Below, piece by piece: positions 20,616-30,855 of a DNA stretch of 64,000 nt. Position numbers and translations under genes: made by a program. Within the stretch, counting starts at the first letter, position 1, and every line of letters begins with the position of its first letter. The stretch comes from Candidatus Heimdallarchaeota archaeon (GTDB taxonomy: Archaea > Asgardarchaeota > Heimdallarchaeia > Hodarchaeales > Hodarchaeaceae): NCBI GenBank assembly GCA_020353515.1, contig CP070695.1, positions 3,823,908 through 3,887,907 on the forward strand. Direction: 5' to 3'. A model generated the notes under the pieces. That model was not told the origin of the DNA. It saw only the letters and a program-made list of their open reading frames with translations, and did no database searches.

Positions 20616-21347
20616 CTAACGTGACCAAAATTTAAGTGCCTGAATCGCTGCTTGCCGTTTCAAAGCCTGAATAGCCTCTGTCGGATTAAGCTCCTTTGGA
20701 CAAGCTTCCACACAATTAAAGGCGGTATGACAACGGAAAACACCATCTTCAGCAGAGACACGTTTAACACGATCTTTAGTGTTTTCATCTCTAGTATCCT
20801 TTGCAAAACGGAATGCTTTTAAAAGTGCTCCAGGGCCTAAATAATTCTTGTCTGTCCATACTGATACGCATGAACTATGGCAACAGCCGCATAGAATGCA
20901 CTTAGTCGCTTCTTCGATAATTTTGAAGTCTTCGGGACTTTGAATAAGCTCAGTTTCTGGATCTTTGCTATGATCGCGCATTAAGAAAGGATCGATAGCA
21001 AGCAGTTTCTCATAAAACGGATCCATATCAACTACCAAGTCTTTAATCACAGGGAAGAAGGGGATGGGTTCTAGTTTAATCTCATCTTTCTTAAGTTGAA
21101 GAACTAAGGTCTCGCATGCTAATTGATACTTTTTATTGACTAGAACGGCACAGGAGCCACACACACCAGCCCGACAGTTATATCTCATGGCTATCGAGCC
21201 ATCTTGTTTAGCAATTAGTTCTTGTATTGCGATTAAAACAGTTGTCCCTTTGTCACAGTCTAATTCAAAAGTATCCCAATAAGGTTCAATATCCTTTTTT
21301 GGATTGAAGCGTTTGATCTTGAAAATTATTTTTTTAGTTTCACTCAT
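20616..21347 (-). CDS. sdhB: Succinate dehydrogenase/fumarate reductase Fe-S subunit
   Basis: CRAGVCGSC [2Fe-2S], CILCGCC [4Fe-4S], CHTAFNCVEACP [3Fe-4S]; GAGGTGA before ATG 21347. Confidence 0.95.
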   Translation of the reverse strand: MSETKKIIFKIKRFNPKKDIEPYWDTFELDCDKGTTVLIAIQELIAKQDGSIAMRYNCRAGVCGSCAVLVNKKYQLACETLVLQLKKDEIKLEPIPFFPVIKDLVVDMDPFYEKLLAIDPFLMRDHSKDPETELIQSPEDFKIIEEATKCILCGCCHSSCVSVWTDKNYLGPGALLKAFRFAKDTRDENTKDRVKRVSAEDGVFRCHTAFNCVEACPKELNPTEAIQALKRQAAIQALKFWSR

Positions 21348-21357
21348 TGTTTTCACC

Positions 21358-23079
21358 TCAGTACTTTCGTTCCTCCGGTTGCCACTTCGTAATAATGACA
21401 TCTAGATAGCTCAGTTTGGCTTCACCATCCACATAATTTACCAACGTGTGCTTCAGGAAGTTATCATCGTCTCTTCCCATGTTATCTAGTCTCCAGTGGC
21501 TACCACGGCATTCCTTTCGCTCAAGAGCACCTAAACAAATCGCTTCGGAAAGTTCCAACATTCCCTCGAGAGCCAAGACCCACTCTAACTCCCTATTGTA
21601 CAATCTGTCCTTGGATTTAAGGTAAACACCTTCTTTGAATCGTTTCTTAAGTTCCCTGATCTTATTGAGCGCTTCCGCTAAAGGAGCTTCTTCTCGATAA
21701 ACAAACACCTTCAACTTCATTGTATCACGCATTTCTTGCATGATCTGGAATGGATCGTTCTTACCTTCACCACTGAACCAGAAATCATGTTTTTCTTGTT
21801 CCTTAACGAATTCTTCGAAGATTGCATACTTTGCATCAGGAGATGGAGACACTCCTTCTACAAATTTTGCTGCCTCTAAACCAGATACTTTCCCGAAAAC
21901 AGCACAACCTAATAATGAATTACCACCCAGACGATTTGCACCATGCACTGAAATGCATGCGCCTTCACCGCAGGCATAGAAACCTTCCACTTCTTTACTT
22001 GCACAGTTCCCATCAACATGAATACCTCCCATTGCGTAATGAAAACCTGGTTGAACTGGGATAGGATCTTTAATCATGTCCTGGCCACTGAACCGTAAAG
22101 CTAGCTCTCTGATTTGGGGAAGACGTTCTAGGATCTGTTCAGCTGGAAGATGTGTTAAGTCAAGATGAACATATCCATTCTCTTTTGTCCCATACCCTCT
22201 GCCTTCAAGTACTTCTTGGTAAATTGACCTCGATACAATATCTCTCGGAGCAAGCTCCATCTTTTCTGGAGCATATTTTTCCATGAAACGCTCACCTTTG
22301 TTATTTCGTAAGTAACCACCTTCTCCTCGTGCTGCTTCTGAAATTAGAACGTTATTCCCATATAAAGTGGTTGGGTGAAACTGAATGAACTCCATATCTT
22401 TCAAAGCAACGCCTCCCCAATATGCGACAGCCATACCAAAACCTGTACAGTTTAAGGCATTTGATGTAGCCCCATAGATCTGCCCAGCTCCCCCAATGGC
22501 AAATATTGTTGCATCACACTCCCACATCTCAAGTTCACCACTTTTGAAATTGTATACGATAAGTCCTTTCACTTTTTGGTCTCTTACTACGAGTCGAACA
22601 ACAAGACGATCTTCGTAAACAGGTACACCTAATTTTACTGATCTTTCCCAGGCAACATGGAGAATTGAATGCCCAGTACGATCTGCTGCAAAGCAGGTAC
22701 GTGGATATCCTGCACCACCAAAAGGCCTTTGACCAATCCTACCATCTTCAAATCTTGAAAAAGGGCAGCCCCAGTGTTCTAACTCATAAATAGTTTCCTT
22801 GGCTAGTTCAATCATCTTGATTACTGCTGGTTGGTCAGCTAAATAATCAGAACCTTTTACAGTGTCAAAAGCATGCCTTTCAACCGAATCATCTTTAGAC
22901 TCAGGATGATTTCCGAGGGGAGCATTAATTCCACCTTGAGCTGCAACAGAGTGACTTCTTACAGGCTGACAAATTGAAATGACAGCTACATCTGCCCCAT
23001 TTTCTCTAGCGGCTACTGCTGCACGCATACCAGCTAAGCCAGATCCTACAACTAAGATACTATGTCTCTTTATTTGCAT
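21358..23079 (-). CDS. sdhA: Succinate dehydrogenase/fumarate reductase flavoprotein
   Basis: [16 protein letters not shown] (covalent FAD His), [30 protein letters not shown]; GGAGGT before ATG 23079. Confidence 0.95.
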   Translation of the reverse strand: MQIKRHSILVVGSGLAGMRAAVAARENGADVAVISICQPVRSHSVAAQGGINAPLGNHPESKDDSVERHAFDTVKGSDYLADQPAVIKMIELAKETIYELEHWGCPFSRFEDGRIGQRPFGGAGYPRTCFAADRTGHSILHVAWERSVKLGVPVYEDRLVVRLVVRDQKVKGLIVYNFKSGELEMWECDATIFAIGGAGQIYGATSNALNCTGFGMAVAYWGGVALKDMEFIQFHPTTLYGNNVLISEAARGEGGYLRNNKGERFMEKYAPEKMELAPRDIVSRSIYQEVLEGRGYGTKENGYVHLDLTHLPAEQILERLPQIRELALRFSGQDMIKDPIPVQPGFHYAMGGIHVDGNCASKEVEGFYACGEGACISVHGANRLGGNSLLGCAVFGKVSGLEAAKFVEGVSPSPDAKYAIFEEFVKEQEKHDFWFSGEGKNDPFQIMQEMRDTMKLKVFVYREEAPLAEALNKIRELKKRFKEGVYLKSKDRLYNRELEWVLALEGMLELSEAICLGALERKECRGSHWRLDNMGRDDDNFLKHTLVNYVDGEAKLSYLDVIITKWQPEERKY

Positions 23080-23083
23080 GACT

Positions 23084-23596
23084 CTAACCTCCAAGGGTTC
23101 CTCCTATTTCGACAATTCCAGGAAGAATAGCTATTAGGAATAAGCCTAAAGCCCATGTAATAACTCCAAGAACTAGAAATATCCAAAATATCATCTTTTG
23201 ATGACGGATTCCTATACCGAGGTCAAATAAAACCACTCTTACTCCATTAGCACCATGATATATTCCTAAAGCCATTACTCCAGCATCAATGAAGAATCCA
23301 ATAGACAACATGTGATTTAACAATTCAACTCCAGTGTCAAAGAGATTTTGATTCATTGCATGAACTACTGTATTATATAATTCTCCCGCTTGAAATCCTA
23401 GGAACGGATCGAGTAACATCAAACCGATGATTGACATATGAATAAAAACGTAGATTAGAAGGCATAATCCAGTTATCCTCTGGAAAAGCCATGCATACAT
23501 ACCCATTCCACGAGAAAATGGATTGAACCAAGAGAGGAAATTAGATGCTTTACTGCTTGTTTCAATTTGTGAATCTTCAACTGTGACTTTTGTCAT
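23084..23596 (-). CDS. sdhC: Succinate dehydrogenase cytochrome b subunit
   Basis: WLFQRITG...FIH; [13 protein letters not shown]; 3 TM. Confidence 0.85.
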   Translation of the reverse strand: MTKVTVEDSQIETSSKASNFLSWFNPFSRGMGMYAWLFQRITGLCLLIYVFIHMSIIGLMLLDPFLGFQAGELYNTVVHAMNQNLFDTGVELLNHMLSIGFFIDAGVMALGIYHGANGVRVVLFDLGIGIRHQKMIFWIFLVLGVITWALGLFLIAILPGIVEIGGTLGG

Positions 23597-23606
23597 TTAC
23601 TTCACC

Positions 23607-24032
23607 TTATGCAACCATCACCGTATAATTTAGGAAGAACGCATAAACTACCAATAAAAAGCCAATAAGTAGGAGTACTATTGCGAGTAACCTTTTACTC
23701 ACTCTTCCAGGGGCTAAATCAAGTGTGACCGTTCTAAATCCGTTTAACATGTGAAAAACAACTGTTAAAACGAATAATACCGATATCCAGAAGTAAAAAG
23801 GAAAATTAATCATCTTCCATCGAACAGCTTGGAATGATGCAATACCATATGTTTCGACTATATCTAGTGGAAGATGAGCACTTAAATAGTGGTTTACCAG
23901 CATATGAAATAGGATCAGGAAAAATAACATTACTCCTGTTATTCGCTGAAGAACCCACCAAAGAGCACTCTTCTTACTATGTTTTGGCAAAAATTTTGCA
24001 AATTTGCTTTCAGAAAAAAGTTCAGTTCCCAT
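23607..24032 (-). CDS. sdhD: Succinate dehydrogenase membrane anchor subunit
   Basis: WVLQRITG...LFH; FHMLNGFR; 3 TM. Confidence 0.85.
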   Translation of the reverse strand: MGTELFSESKFAKFLPKHSKKSALWWVLQRITGVMLFFLILFHMLVNHYLSAHLPLDIVETYGIASFQAVRWKMINFPFYFWISVLFVLTVVFHMLNGFRTVTLDLAPGRVSKRLLAIVLLLIGFLLVVYAFFLNYTVMVA

Positions 24033-24310
24033 ATTTTGCTCACATCACACATAAAACTATTAATTTCTACGATTATCGTAAGCTAATAACTCTGTGGAAT
24101 ATATGGACATGTCGAGAATAGTATCTTAAATTATTTGTTGGAAAAAAGTGGCTATTTTTCAAACACAAAGTAAAATTCATAATAATTCAGGCTGAGTATT
24201 CCTGAGGGAATAATAACTAAAAACAAAAAAATGGATTGAAATAGAGAAATAGTAACTCTATTAACCTAACTGGGACTACTAATCTTAATTCGTAGAATTC
24301 AGGTGATTTT

Positions 24311-24640
24311 ATGTTTATTCGCATTATTACAGTACCAGCACGAGAAATCGCTTTTGAAAATCTAGAATCAATCCGAAAAACTCTAGTTGAAGAGAATTAT
24401 CGAGCATTAAAGGAACAAAAGGGATGGAAAAAGACAGTAGTTATGTATAATCAAGAAAAGAAACAATTCAAAGTAATCACTTACTGGTCTTCCAAGGAAC
24501 AAGCTGGAGTCCTTGATGAAAGGGATCCTGAGTTGTCTAGCTCAGCTTATATACAAGTTGGAAAACATGCAGAATATTTTGAAAATGAAAACCTCACTGT
24601 TGAACATTATGATCATTTAGAAACTATAGAAAACACCTAA
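24311..24640 (+). CDS. Small dimeric alpha-beta barrel (ABM-like) protein
   Basis: MFIRII...QKGW...VITYWSSKE pattern; GGTGA RBS. Confidence 0.55.
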   Translation: MFIRIITVPAREIAFENLESIRKTLVEENYRALKEQKGWKKTVVMYNQEKKQFKVITYWSSKEQAGVLDERDPELSSSAYIQVGKHAEYFENENLTVEHYDHLETIENT

Positions 24641-24701
24641 TCCAAAACAATTGAAATTTCACTACTAGGAAAAAAAAGAAATTGTGAGTAAGAATCTCAT
24701 T

Positions 24702-26051
24702 TTACCGATTCTTCACATCAATATAATTTCCTGCATCTGGGAGTATGTAGACAAGGGGATCTTGATTCTTTTCTTCTCTGTACTTCTGAATCCATGCAAG
24801 AAGGCTTTCCTGAACATCACCTGTTCGTGGAACATATTTTATCTGGAAAATCTCTTCGAGCTCGTCTTTATCCATCTCAGTAATCATGTGACAAGTACAT
24901 CGTTGTAAGATGCGTATTAAATCGACTACTTTCTGATTACCAATCTTAAAATTATCAATACTACATTTAGTTTTAATCACATGATCCATCGCTTCATCAA
25001 GTTCCATACCTTTAATTTCTTCCATCGTATCTTTGTAATTCTGAGACCCATGACCTAGGGGGCAGTGAGCAAGTAACAACACGTCCCCACCTTCTTTTAC
25101 TGCATTCCAACCAGCATGAAATCCTTTTCCACCTTGATACAAATTGATACTCAATGCTCCAGTAGATACAATGACAAGGTCAGCACCTTCATCCACCTCT
25201 ACAATCCTTAGTGGCTTTAAAGTTTCTAGAACTAATTCATGTAAAGAGTTGATATCTCCTGCATTCAGAATAACTATGTCGTCTCCTTCCATCACCGCAT
25301 CAATATCAAAGACAGGTACCATCTTTTTAGTTTTTTTTGCCATCTCTATCATATCTTGGATGACAGGATTCCCTTCGGTATTTCCGAGTCTACATGCAGG
25401 TTTAAACCCGTGATCCTTATCAAACATTTGAGGATGATTCCTGGCAATGGTTTCTTTTCCTGCACATCCTGGAAAGAAAGATTTTACGGTTCCTGCTACT
25501 CCAGCGAAATAGTGGTATTCACTATCAGAGACTGCAATGACTAAACCAGATTCCAACACATCAATGTCTACTTCAATAGGTGTACCCAGCGATGATGTTC
25601 CAATATTCTTACAGTTTTCCGCTTGCTTGTGGATTAAGACATATTCTTTCCACGCATTATAAATTTCAGAACCAAGGATTTTATTTTCAAGTAAATCATC
25701 ACTTGGTGGACTATGGGATCCACTTGCAATCATAATACGAATGTCATCTTTATCTACTCCATAATCGAACAGTTTTTCTAAAAGCATTGGAAGTAAAATC
25801 TTCGTGTGCTTATTTGGCCTTGTTGCATCATCCACAAGAATCATTATTTTCGGTCTTTGCCGATTTTTCACCATTTCCTCTAAAGGGGGTGAATCAACTG
25901 GATTTTTGATGATTTCATCAAAACGAGCTTGGAGATCTGTGAAAGTTCGTTTTGCTTTCTCGGGCTCCAGAACTCGTACATTCAGATCAGCTGGGATAAA
26001 ATGGGAAATCATTTCATCCCCGTATGCTAACGCTATATCCTTGTAAGTCAT
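24702..26051 (-). CDS. larA: Nickel-pincer-dependent alpha-hydroxyacid racemase (LarA family)
   Basis: VDDATRP, IASGSH, HYFAG, K...PG, NH, NLYQ; likely ATG start at 26051 (MTYKDIALAYG). Confidence 0.85.
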   Translation of the reverse strand: MTYKDIALAYGDEMISHFIPADLNVRVLEPEKAKRTFTDLQARFDEIIKNPVDSPPLEEMVKNRQRPKIMILVDDATRPNKHTKILLPMLLEKLFDYGVDKDDIRIMIASGSHSPPSDDLLENKILGSEIYNAWKEYVLIHKQAENCKNIGTSSLGTPIEVDIDVLESGLVIAVSDSEYHYFAGVAGTVKSFFPGCAGKETIARNHPQMFDKDHGFKPACRLGNTEGNPVIQDMIEMAKKTKKMVPVFDIDAVMEGDDIVILNAGDINSLHELVLETLKPLRIVEVDEGADLVIVSTGALSINLYQGGKGFHAGWNAVKEGGDVLLLAHCPLGHGSQNYKDTMEEIKGMELDEAMDHVIKTKCSIDNFKIGNQKVVDLIRILQRCTCHMITEMDKDELEEIFQIKYVPRTGDVQESLLAWIQKYREEKNQDPLVYILPDAGNYIDVKNR

Positions 26052-26187
26052 AAGTATCATCCCTACTAAATCCGTAATTTCCATTATTTTATAATAATTT
26101 TTCCTCCAATGCTTTATGAGAAGCAAGAATAAGCAGGTTTCACTTAATATTCTATTTCTAACCACAATAAAACGTAAATGTAATTAG

Positions 26188-26286
26188 AATGTAGATTACA
26201 TTTTTTATAATAAAATTCTTATTGACTTGTCAATTTTTTATAACTAGACTCTAGAATTCCCTCGTAAGTAAATAAGAGGGAAATTC
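26188..26286. promoter_or_regulatory. Cluster of inverted repeats in the divergent larA/aclB promoter region
   Basis: AATGTA-GAT-TACATT (26188-26202), ATTGAC-TT-GTCAAT (26221-26234), GAATTCCCTC...GAGGGAAATTC (26254-26286). Confidence 0.5.
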
Positions 26287-26353
26287 AAAATGTACGTTAC
26301 TTCCTGCCTTTTTCTATATTATATTTCTTAAGTAGATTTAGAGAGGAAAGAAT

Positions 26354-27643
26354 ATGGCACAAAAGTCAATATATGAATTTTCAGCAAAGAAATTACTTAT
26401 GTTAGAGTTACCAAAATATTTCCCTGAATATAATTATCATGGGAAACTCGCGGTAATTACGCCTGATACTGATTGGAATAAATTAGTCACCGCCAATCCT
26501 TGGCTTAAAACTGATAAGCTTGTAGCAAAGCCTGATCAACTTTTTGGAAAGCGTGGTAAAGCAAAATTATTGCTATTAGACGCGGATTTTGATGGACTGA
26601 AATCTTTCTGTTCTGATAGGTTAAATAAAGGAGTGGAAATTGATGGTATTAAAGGTACTCTCAATAGATTTCTAGTTGAACCATTCATTCCACACGAGAA
26701 AGAATTTTATGTCTCAATAACTTCTGATATGGAAAATGATATTATTCACTTTTCTTTCGAAGGAGGTATTTTCGTTGAGGAAAACTGGGATAAAGTAATA
26801 CATATTCCTGTCCCAATTGGAACTGATATTTCAACTTTTGATCTAGCAAGTAAGCTTCCAGATTTAGGTAACTTGAGAAATGAACTTATACAATTTATCA
26901 AAGGAGTTTATCAAGTCTATGTCGACCAAGATTTCGCTTTTCTAGAGATAAATCCTTTCGCCATCACTGAAGACAAAAAGATAGTTCCTTTAGATTTAAA
27001 AGCCAAACTTGATGATACTGCTAGTTTTTTACATATAGATACTTGGGGAAATCCAGATAATCCTATTGAGTTTCCAAGGGCTTTTGGACAAAAATTATCT
27101 AAAGAGGAACAATTTATTTCTGACTTGGATGAAAAAACTGGAGCTTCCTTAAAATTTACCATCTTGAACAGAGACGCCCGAGTATGGACGATGGTAGCAG
27201 GGGGCGGTGGATCTGTCGTGTACACAGATACTATCGCTGATATGGGGTTTTCTAAAGAATTAGGCAATTATGGAGAATATTCAGGAAACCCTAATCGAGA
27301 GCATACAGAACTTTACGCCCAGACGATCATTGATGTTATCACGGAAAAACCTGATCCTCAAGGACGCCCCAAGATTTTACTTATAGGTGGTGGAATTGCG
27401 AATTTCACTGATGTGAAAGCAACCTTTATGGGTATTGTAGCAGCCTTACGTAAATCTGCAGAAAAGTTGCGTAATGCTAATGTTAAAATCTACGTCCGGC
27501 GAGGTGGGCCAAATGAAAAAGAAGGATTGAAATTGATGAAGGATGTTGGTCAAGAAATAGGGGTTCCTATTGAAGTCTTTGATAGATATACACATATGAC
27601 AAAGATTGTTCCATTATCCTTGGAGCTAGTTAAAGGAGATTAG
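26354..27643 (+). CDS. aclB: ATP-citrate lyase, ATP-grasp/citrate-binding subunit
   Basis: KPDQLFGKRGK, WTMVAGGG, NYGEYSG, IGGGIANFT, RRGGPN. Confidence 0.95.
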   Translation: MAQKSIYEFSAKKLLMLELPKYFPEYNYHGKLAVITPDTDWNKLVTANPWLKTDKLVAKPDQLFGKRGKAKLLLLDADFDGLKSFCSDRLNKGVEIDGIKGTLNRFLVEPFIPHEKEFYVSITSDMENDIIHFSFEGGIFVEENWDKVIHIPVPIGTDISTFDLASKLPDLGNLRNELIQFIKGVYQVYVDQDFAFLEINPFAITEDKKIVPLDLKAKLDDTASFLHIDTWGNPDNPIEFPRAFGQKLSKEEQFISDLDEKTGASLKFTILNRDARVWTMVAGGGGSVVYTDTIADMGFSKELGNYGEYSGNPNREHTELYAQTIIDVITEKPDPQGRPKILLIGGGIANFTDVKATFMGIVAALRKSAEKLRNANVKIYVRRGGPNEKEGLKLMKDVGQEIGVPIEVFDRYTHMTKIVPLSLELVKGD

Positions 27644-27646
27644 AAA

Positions 27647-29485
27647 ATGACAGTTGAACTATTTAATCGGAATACTAAGGCAATTATTTACGGTTTTCAA
27701 CGTAATGCCATTCAACGAATGCTTGATTTTGACTTTGTATGTAAAAGAGAAACTCCTTCGGTCGCTGCAGTAATCAGACCGAGTCAAGCAGGGGCAATCG
27801 GTTACCATAAAGTGTTTTGGGGTGGGAAAGAAATTGTTATACCAATTTATCGCAAACTTGCACTCGCAATCAAAAAACATCCTGATGCCGACGTTTTAAT
27901 CAACTTTTCATCATTTCGCTCTGCGTATCCAACAACAATGGAAGCGTTGAATGCTGATACCATCAAGACTGTAGCTGTTATTGCAGAGGGAATCCCTGAA
28001 CGCCAAAGCCGTGAAATGCATAAGTTAGCCCAGAGTAAAGGAAAAGTAATAATTGGTCCTGCGACTGTGGGCGGAATACAAGCAGGGGCATTCAAAATTG
28101 GTAATACAGCCGGAACAATAGAAAATGTTGTTCTTTCTAAACTCTATCGTCCAGGTAGTGTTGGATTCGTGTCAAAAAGCGGAGGTATGAGTAATGAAAT
28201 GAATTTTGCAATCTCTCAGAACTCCGATGGTGTCTATGAAGGAATAGCTATCGGTGGTGACCGCTATGCTGGATCGACCCTATTGGATCATCTGCTTCGG
28301 TACGAGGCTAATCCTAAGATAAAGATGATGGTTTGTCTTGGTGAAGTTGGTGGTACAGGAGAAATAGATATTGTCAATGCTGTTAAAGATGGTCGTATCA
28401 CTAAACCCCTAGTGATGTGGTGTATTGGTACAGCAGCTAGTATCCTCCCATCTGGATTACAATTCGGACATGCAGGTGCAATGGCTGGTAGTGAGATGGA
28501 AACAGCTAGCGCAAAGAATAAAGCTCTCGCGGAAGTCGGAGTAATCGTTCCTGATTCCTATGACGATTTCGGTGACAAGATCAAGGAAACCTTTGAAAAA
28601 CTGAAAGCTGAAGGAAAGATTGACCCCATCGATGAATTTGAACCTCCAAAATTACCTATGGACTATGCCCAAGCTTCTAGACAAGGTATTGTAAGAAGAC
28701 CAACCGATGTTGTATGTACAATCAGTGATGAGCGAGGAGACGTTCCAATGTTTGCAGGTGTTGGTCTTGATAGAATTATTAGGGAAAATAAATCGATTGG
28801 GTATACAATAGGTTTACTCTGGTTCAAAAGGGAGTTACCACAATATGCCCAAGACTACATCGAAATGGTTGTAAAATTAACTGCAGATCATGGACCAGCT
28901 GTTAGTGGTGCCCATAATGCAATAATAACTGCTCGCGCTGGTCGAGATCTTATGTCTTCGCTTTCGAGTGGAATCTTAACAATAGGTCCACGATTTGGTG
29001 GTGCCATCTCTGATGCAGCGAAATACATCAAGGAAGCTGTTGATAAAGGCTCGAAACCAGTAGATTTCGTTGACTACATGAAAAACGTTGTCGGAATAAA
29101 TATTCCTGGTATCGGCCATAGGATAAAATCTGTCCAGAATCCTGATGTTCGTGTAACACTCCTAAAGGAATTCGTTTTCAAACACTTTGAGACACATCCT
29201 CATCTTGATTTTTCCTTAGAAGTAGAAAAAATTACTACTGCAAAGCGAAATAACCTTATCCTCAATGTTGACGGATGTATTGGGATCTGTTTCTTGGATC
29301 TCCTCTTAAATCTTGGTTTAACTGATGATGAAATACAAGATGTTATCGATAGCGAGTTACTCAACGGATTATTCGTTCTTGGCCGATCTATTGGAATGAT
29401 GGGGCATATCTTTGATCAGAAAAGACAGAGAGCCGCTCTTTATAGACAACCGTGGGATGAGATCTTGTTTAGTACAGAAAACTAG
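27647..29485 (+). CDS. aclA: ATP-citrate lyase, CoA-binding/citryl-CoA lyase subunit
   Basis: IGPATVGG, QFGHAGA (phospho-His), ADHGPAVSGAHN, PGIGHRIKS, LILNVDG. Confidence 0.95.
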   Translation: MTVELFNRNTKAIIYGFQRNAIQRMLDFDFVCKRETPSVAAVIRPSQAGAIGYHKVFWGGKEIVIPIYRKLALAIKKHPDADVLINFSSFRSAYPTTMEALNADTIKTVAVIAEGIPERQSREMHKLAQSKGKVIIGPATVGGIQAGAFKIGNTAGTIENVVLSKLYRPGSVGFVSKSGGMSNEMNFAISQNSDGVYEGIAIGGDRYAGSTLLDHLLRYEANPKIKMMVCLGEVGGTGEIDIVNAVKDGRITKPLVMWCIGTAASILPSGLQFGHAGAMAGSEMETASAKNKALAEVGVIVPDSYDDFGDKIKETFEKLKAEGKIDPIDEFEPPKLPMDYAQASRQGIVRRPTDVVCTISDERGDVPMFAGVGLDRIIRENKSIGYTIGLLWFKRELPQYAQDYIEMVVKLTADHGPAVSGAHNAIITARAGRDLMSSLSSGILTIGPRFGGAISDAAKYIKEAVDKGSKPVDFVDYMKNVVGINIPGIGHRIKSVQNPDVRVTLLKEFVFKHFETHPHLDFSLEVEKITTAKRNNLILNVDGCIGICFLDLLLNLGLTDDEIQDVIDSELLNGLFVLGRSIGMMGHIFDQKRQRAALYRQPWDEILFSTEN

Positions 29486-29486
29486 G

Positions 29487-29510
29487 AGAAAAGTCCCCCC
29501 TTTTCTTTTT
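29487..29510 (+). terminator. Putative terminator after aclA
   Basis: AGAAAAG/CTTTTCT stem running into a T tract. Confidence 0.4.
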
Positions 29511-29571
29511 ACTAAGGTTTAAAGATAAATCAATTAAATTAAAATTATTAAAATCGTAAAGGTGATAAATA

Positions 29572-30771
29572 ATGTCTGAAGAATATGTGAAAAAAGCAAC
29601 AGAGCATTTTGAAAAATTGGTAAGGGAACAGTTAGAACGCGTAGAAAGGATGAAAAAAGAGCCTGATTGGACAGATTACAGCACATTAAAACCGATCATC
29701 ATTGGTGCTTGTGGTGGAGATGGTATCGGGCCTAAAATCACTGAGCACGCTGTGGCTGTTTTAAACTTCCTCTTAAAGGATGAAATCAAGTCAGGAAAAA
29801 TCGAAATCCGAAATATTGAAGGTTTAACCATCGAGAACAGAGCAAAAGTGATGAAAGCGATTCCTGATGATGTTTTGGAAGATTTAAAGAAATGCCACGT
29901 CATCCTCAAAGGTCCAACCACCACTCCGTGGAAAGGAAATAAGTATGGTTGGCCAAATATTGAGAGTGCTAATGTGGCAATGCGTCGAGAACTAGACCTC
30001 TTTGCCAACGTTCGTCCTGTTCGTGTTCCCGAAAAGAACATCGATTGGATGTTTTATCGTGAGAATACAGAAGGAGCATACGTTCTTGGTTCAAAAGGTG
30101 TTGATGTCTCCGATGACCTGGCCATAGACTTCAAAGTGATTACTAATCAGGGTTCTGACCGTATTATCAGAGCAGCGTTTGATTATGCAAAGAAAAACAA
30201 TATCAATAAAGTTACTGTAGTCACAAAGGCCAATGTTGTCAAGAAAACAGATGGTAAATTCCTTGCAATTGCTGAAGAAGTTGCTAAAGACTATCCAGAG
30301 GTTGAATGGGACGATTGGTATATTGACATCATGACCGCAAAACTCATCGATCCTGCTCGACAGAGCTCGTTCCGAGTGATTACTGCTCCAAACCTGTATG
30401 GTGACATTGTTACCGACGAAGCAGCTCAGATTCAAGGGGGTTTAGGAACTGCAGGGGCCGCTAATATTGGAAAACGATATTCGATGTTTGAAGCTGTCCA
30501 CGGTTCTGCTCTTCGAATGGTTGAAGATGGCAGGGTGGACTACGCAGACCCTACAAGTATCATTAAGGCAGCTTCGATGTTATTGAACCATATTGGATTC
30601 ACAGAGAAGGCAGACAGACTTGACAAAGCTATTGAGATCTGTTCTCAGTATGAAAAGAAGTTTGTCATAACAGGCAGAGATACAGGAGCAACTGGAGAAG
30701 AATATGCCAAATATATAATGGAAACGCTCCAAGATCCCAATATTGACCAGAAATGGCAAAGTTATCAGTGA
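29572..30771 (+). CDS. icd: Isocitrate dehydrogenase (isocitrate/isopropylmalate dehydrogenase family)
   Basis: GDGIG, LKGPTTTP, SANVAMRR, RENTEG, TKANV, NLYGDIVTD, FEAVHGSA; lies between acl and aconitase. Confidence 0.8.
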   Translation: MSEEYVKKATEHFEKLVREQLERVERMKKEPDWTDYSTLKPIIIGACGGDGIGPKITEHAVAVLNFLLKDEIKSGKIEIRNIEGLTIENRAKVMKAIPDDVLEDLKKCHVILKGPTTTPWKGNKYGWPNIESANVAMRRELDLFANVRPVRVPEKNIDWMFYRENTEGAYVLGSKGVDVSDDLAIDFKVITNQGSDRIIRAAFDYAKKNNINKVTVVTKANVVKKTDGKFLAIAEEVAKDYPEVEWDDWYIDIMTAKLIDPARQSSFRVITAPNLYGDIVTDEAAQIQGGLGTAGAANIGKRYSMFEAVHGSALRMVEDGRVDYADPTSIIKAASMLLNHIGFTEKADRLDKAIEICSQYEKKFVITGRDTGATGEEYAKYIMETLQDPNIDQKWQSYQ

Positions 30772-30855
30772 AATGCTTAATTTTCCATTTCTTTCCTTTT
30801 TTCTTTGTTGTCACATCAATATTTTTTTTTAAATAAAGAGGGAGATTGGAAGGAA

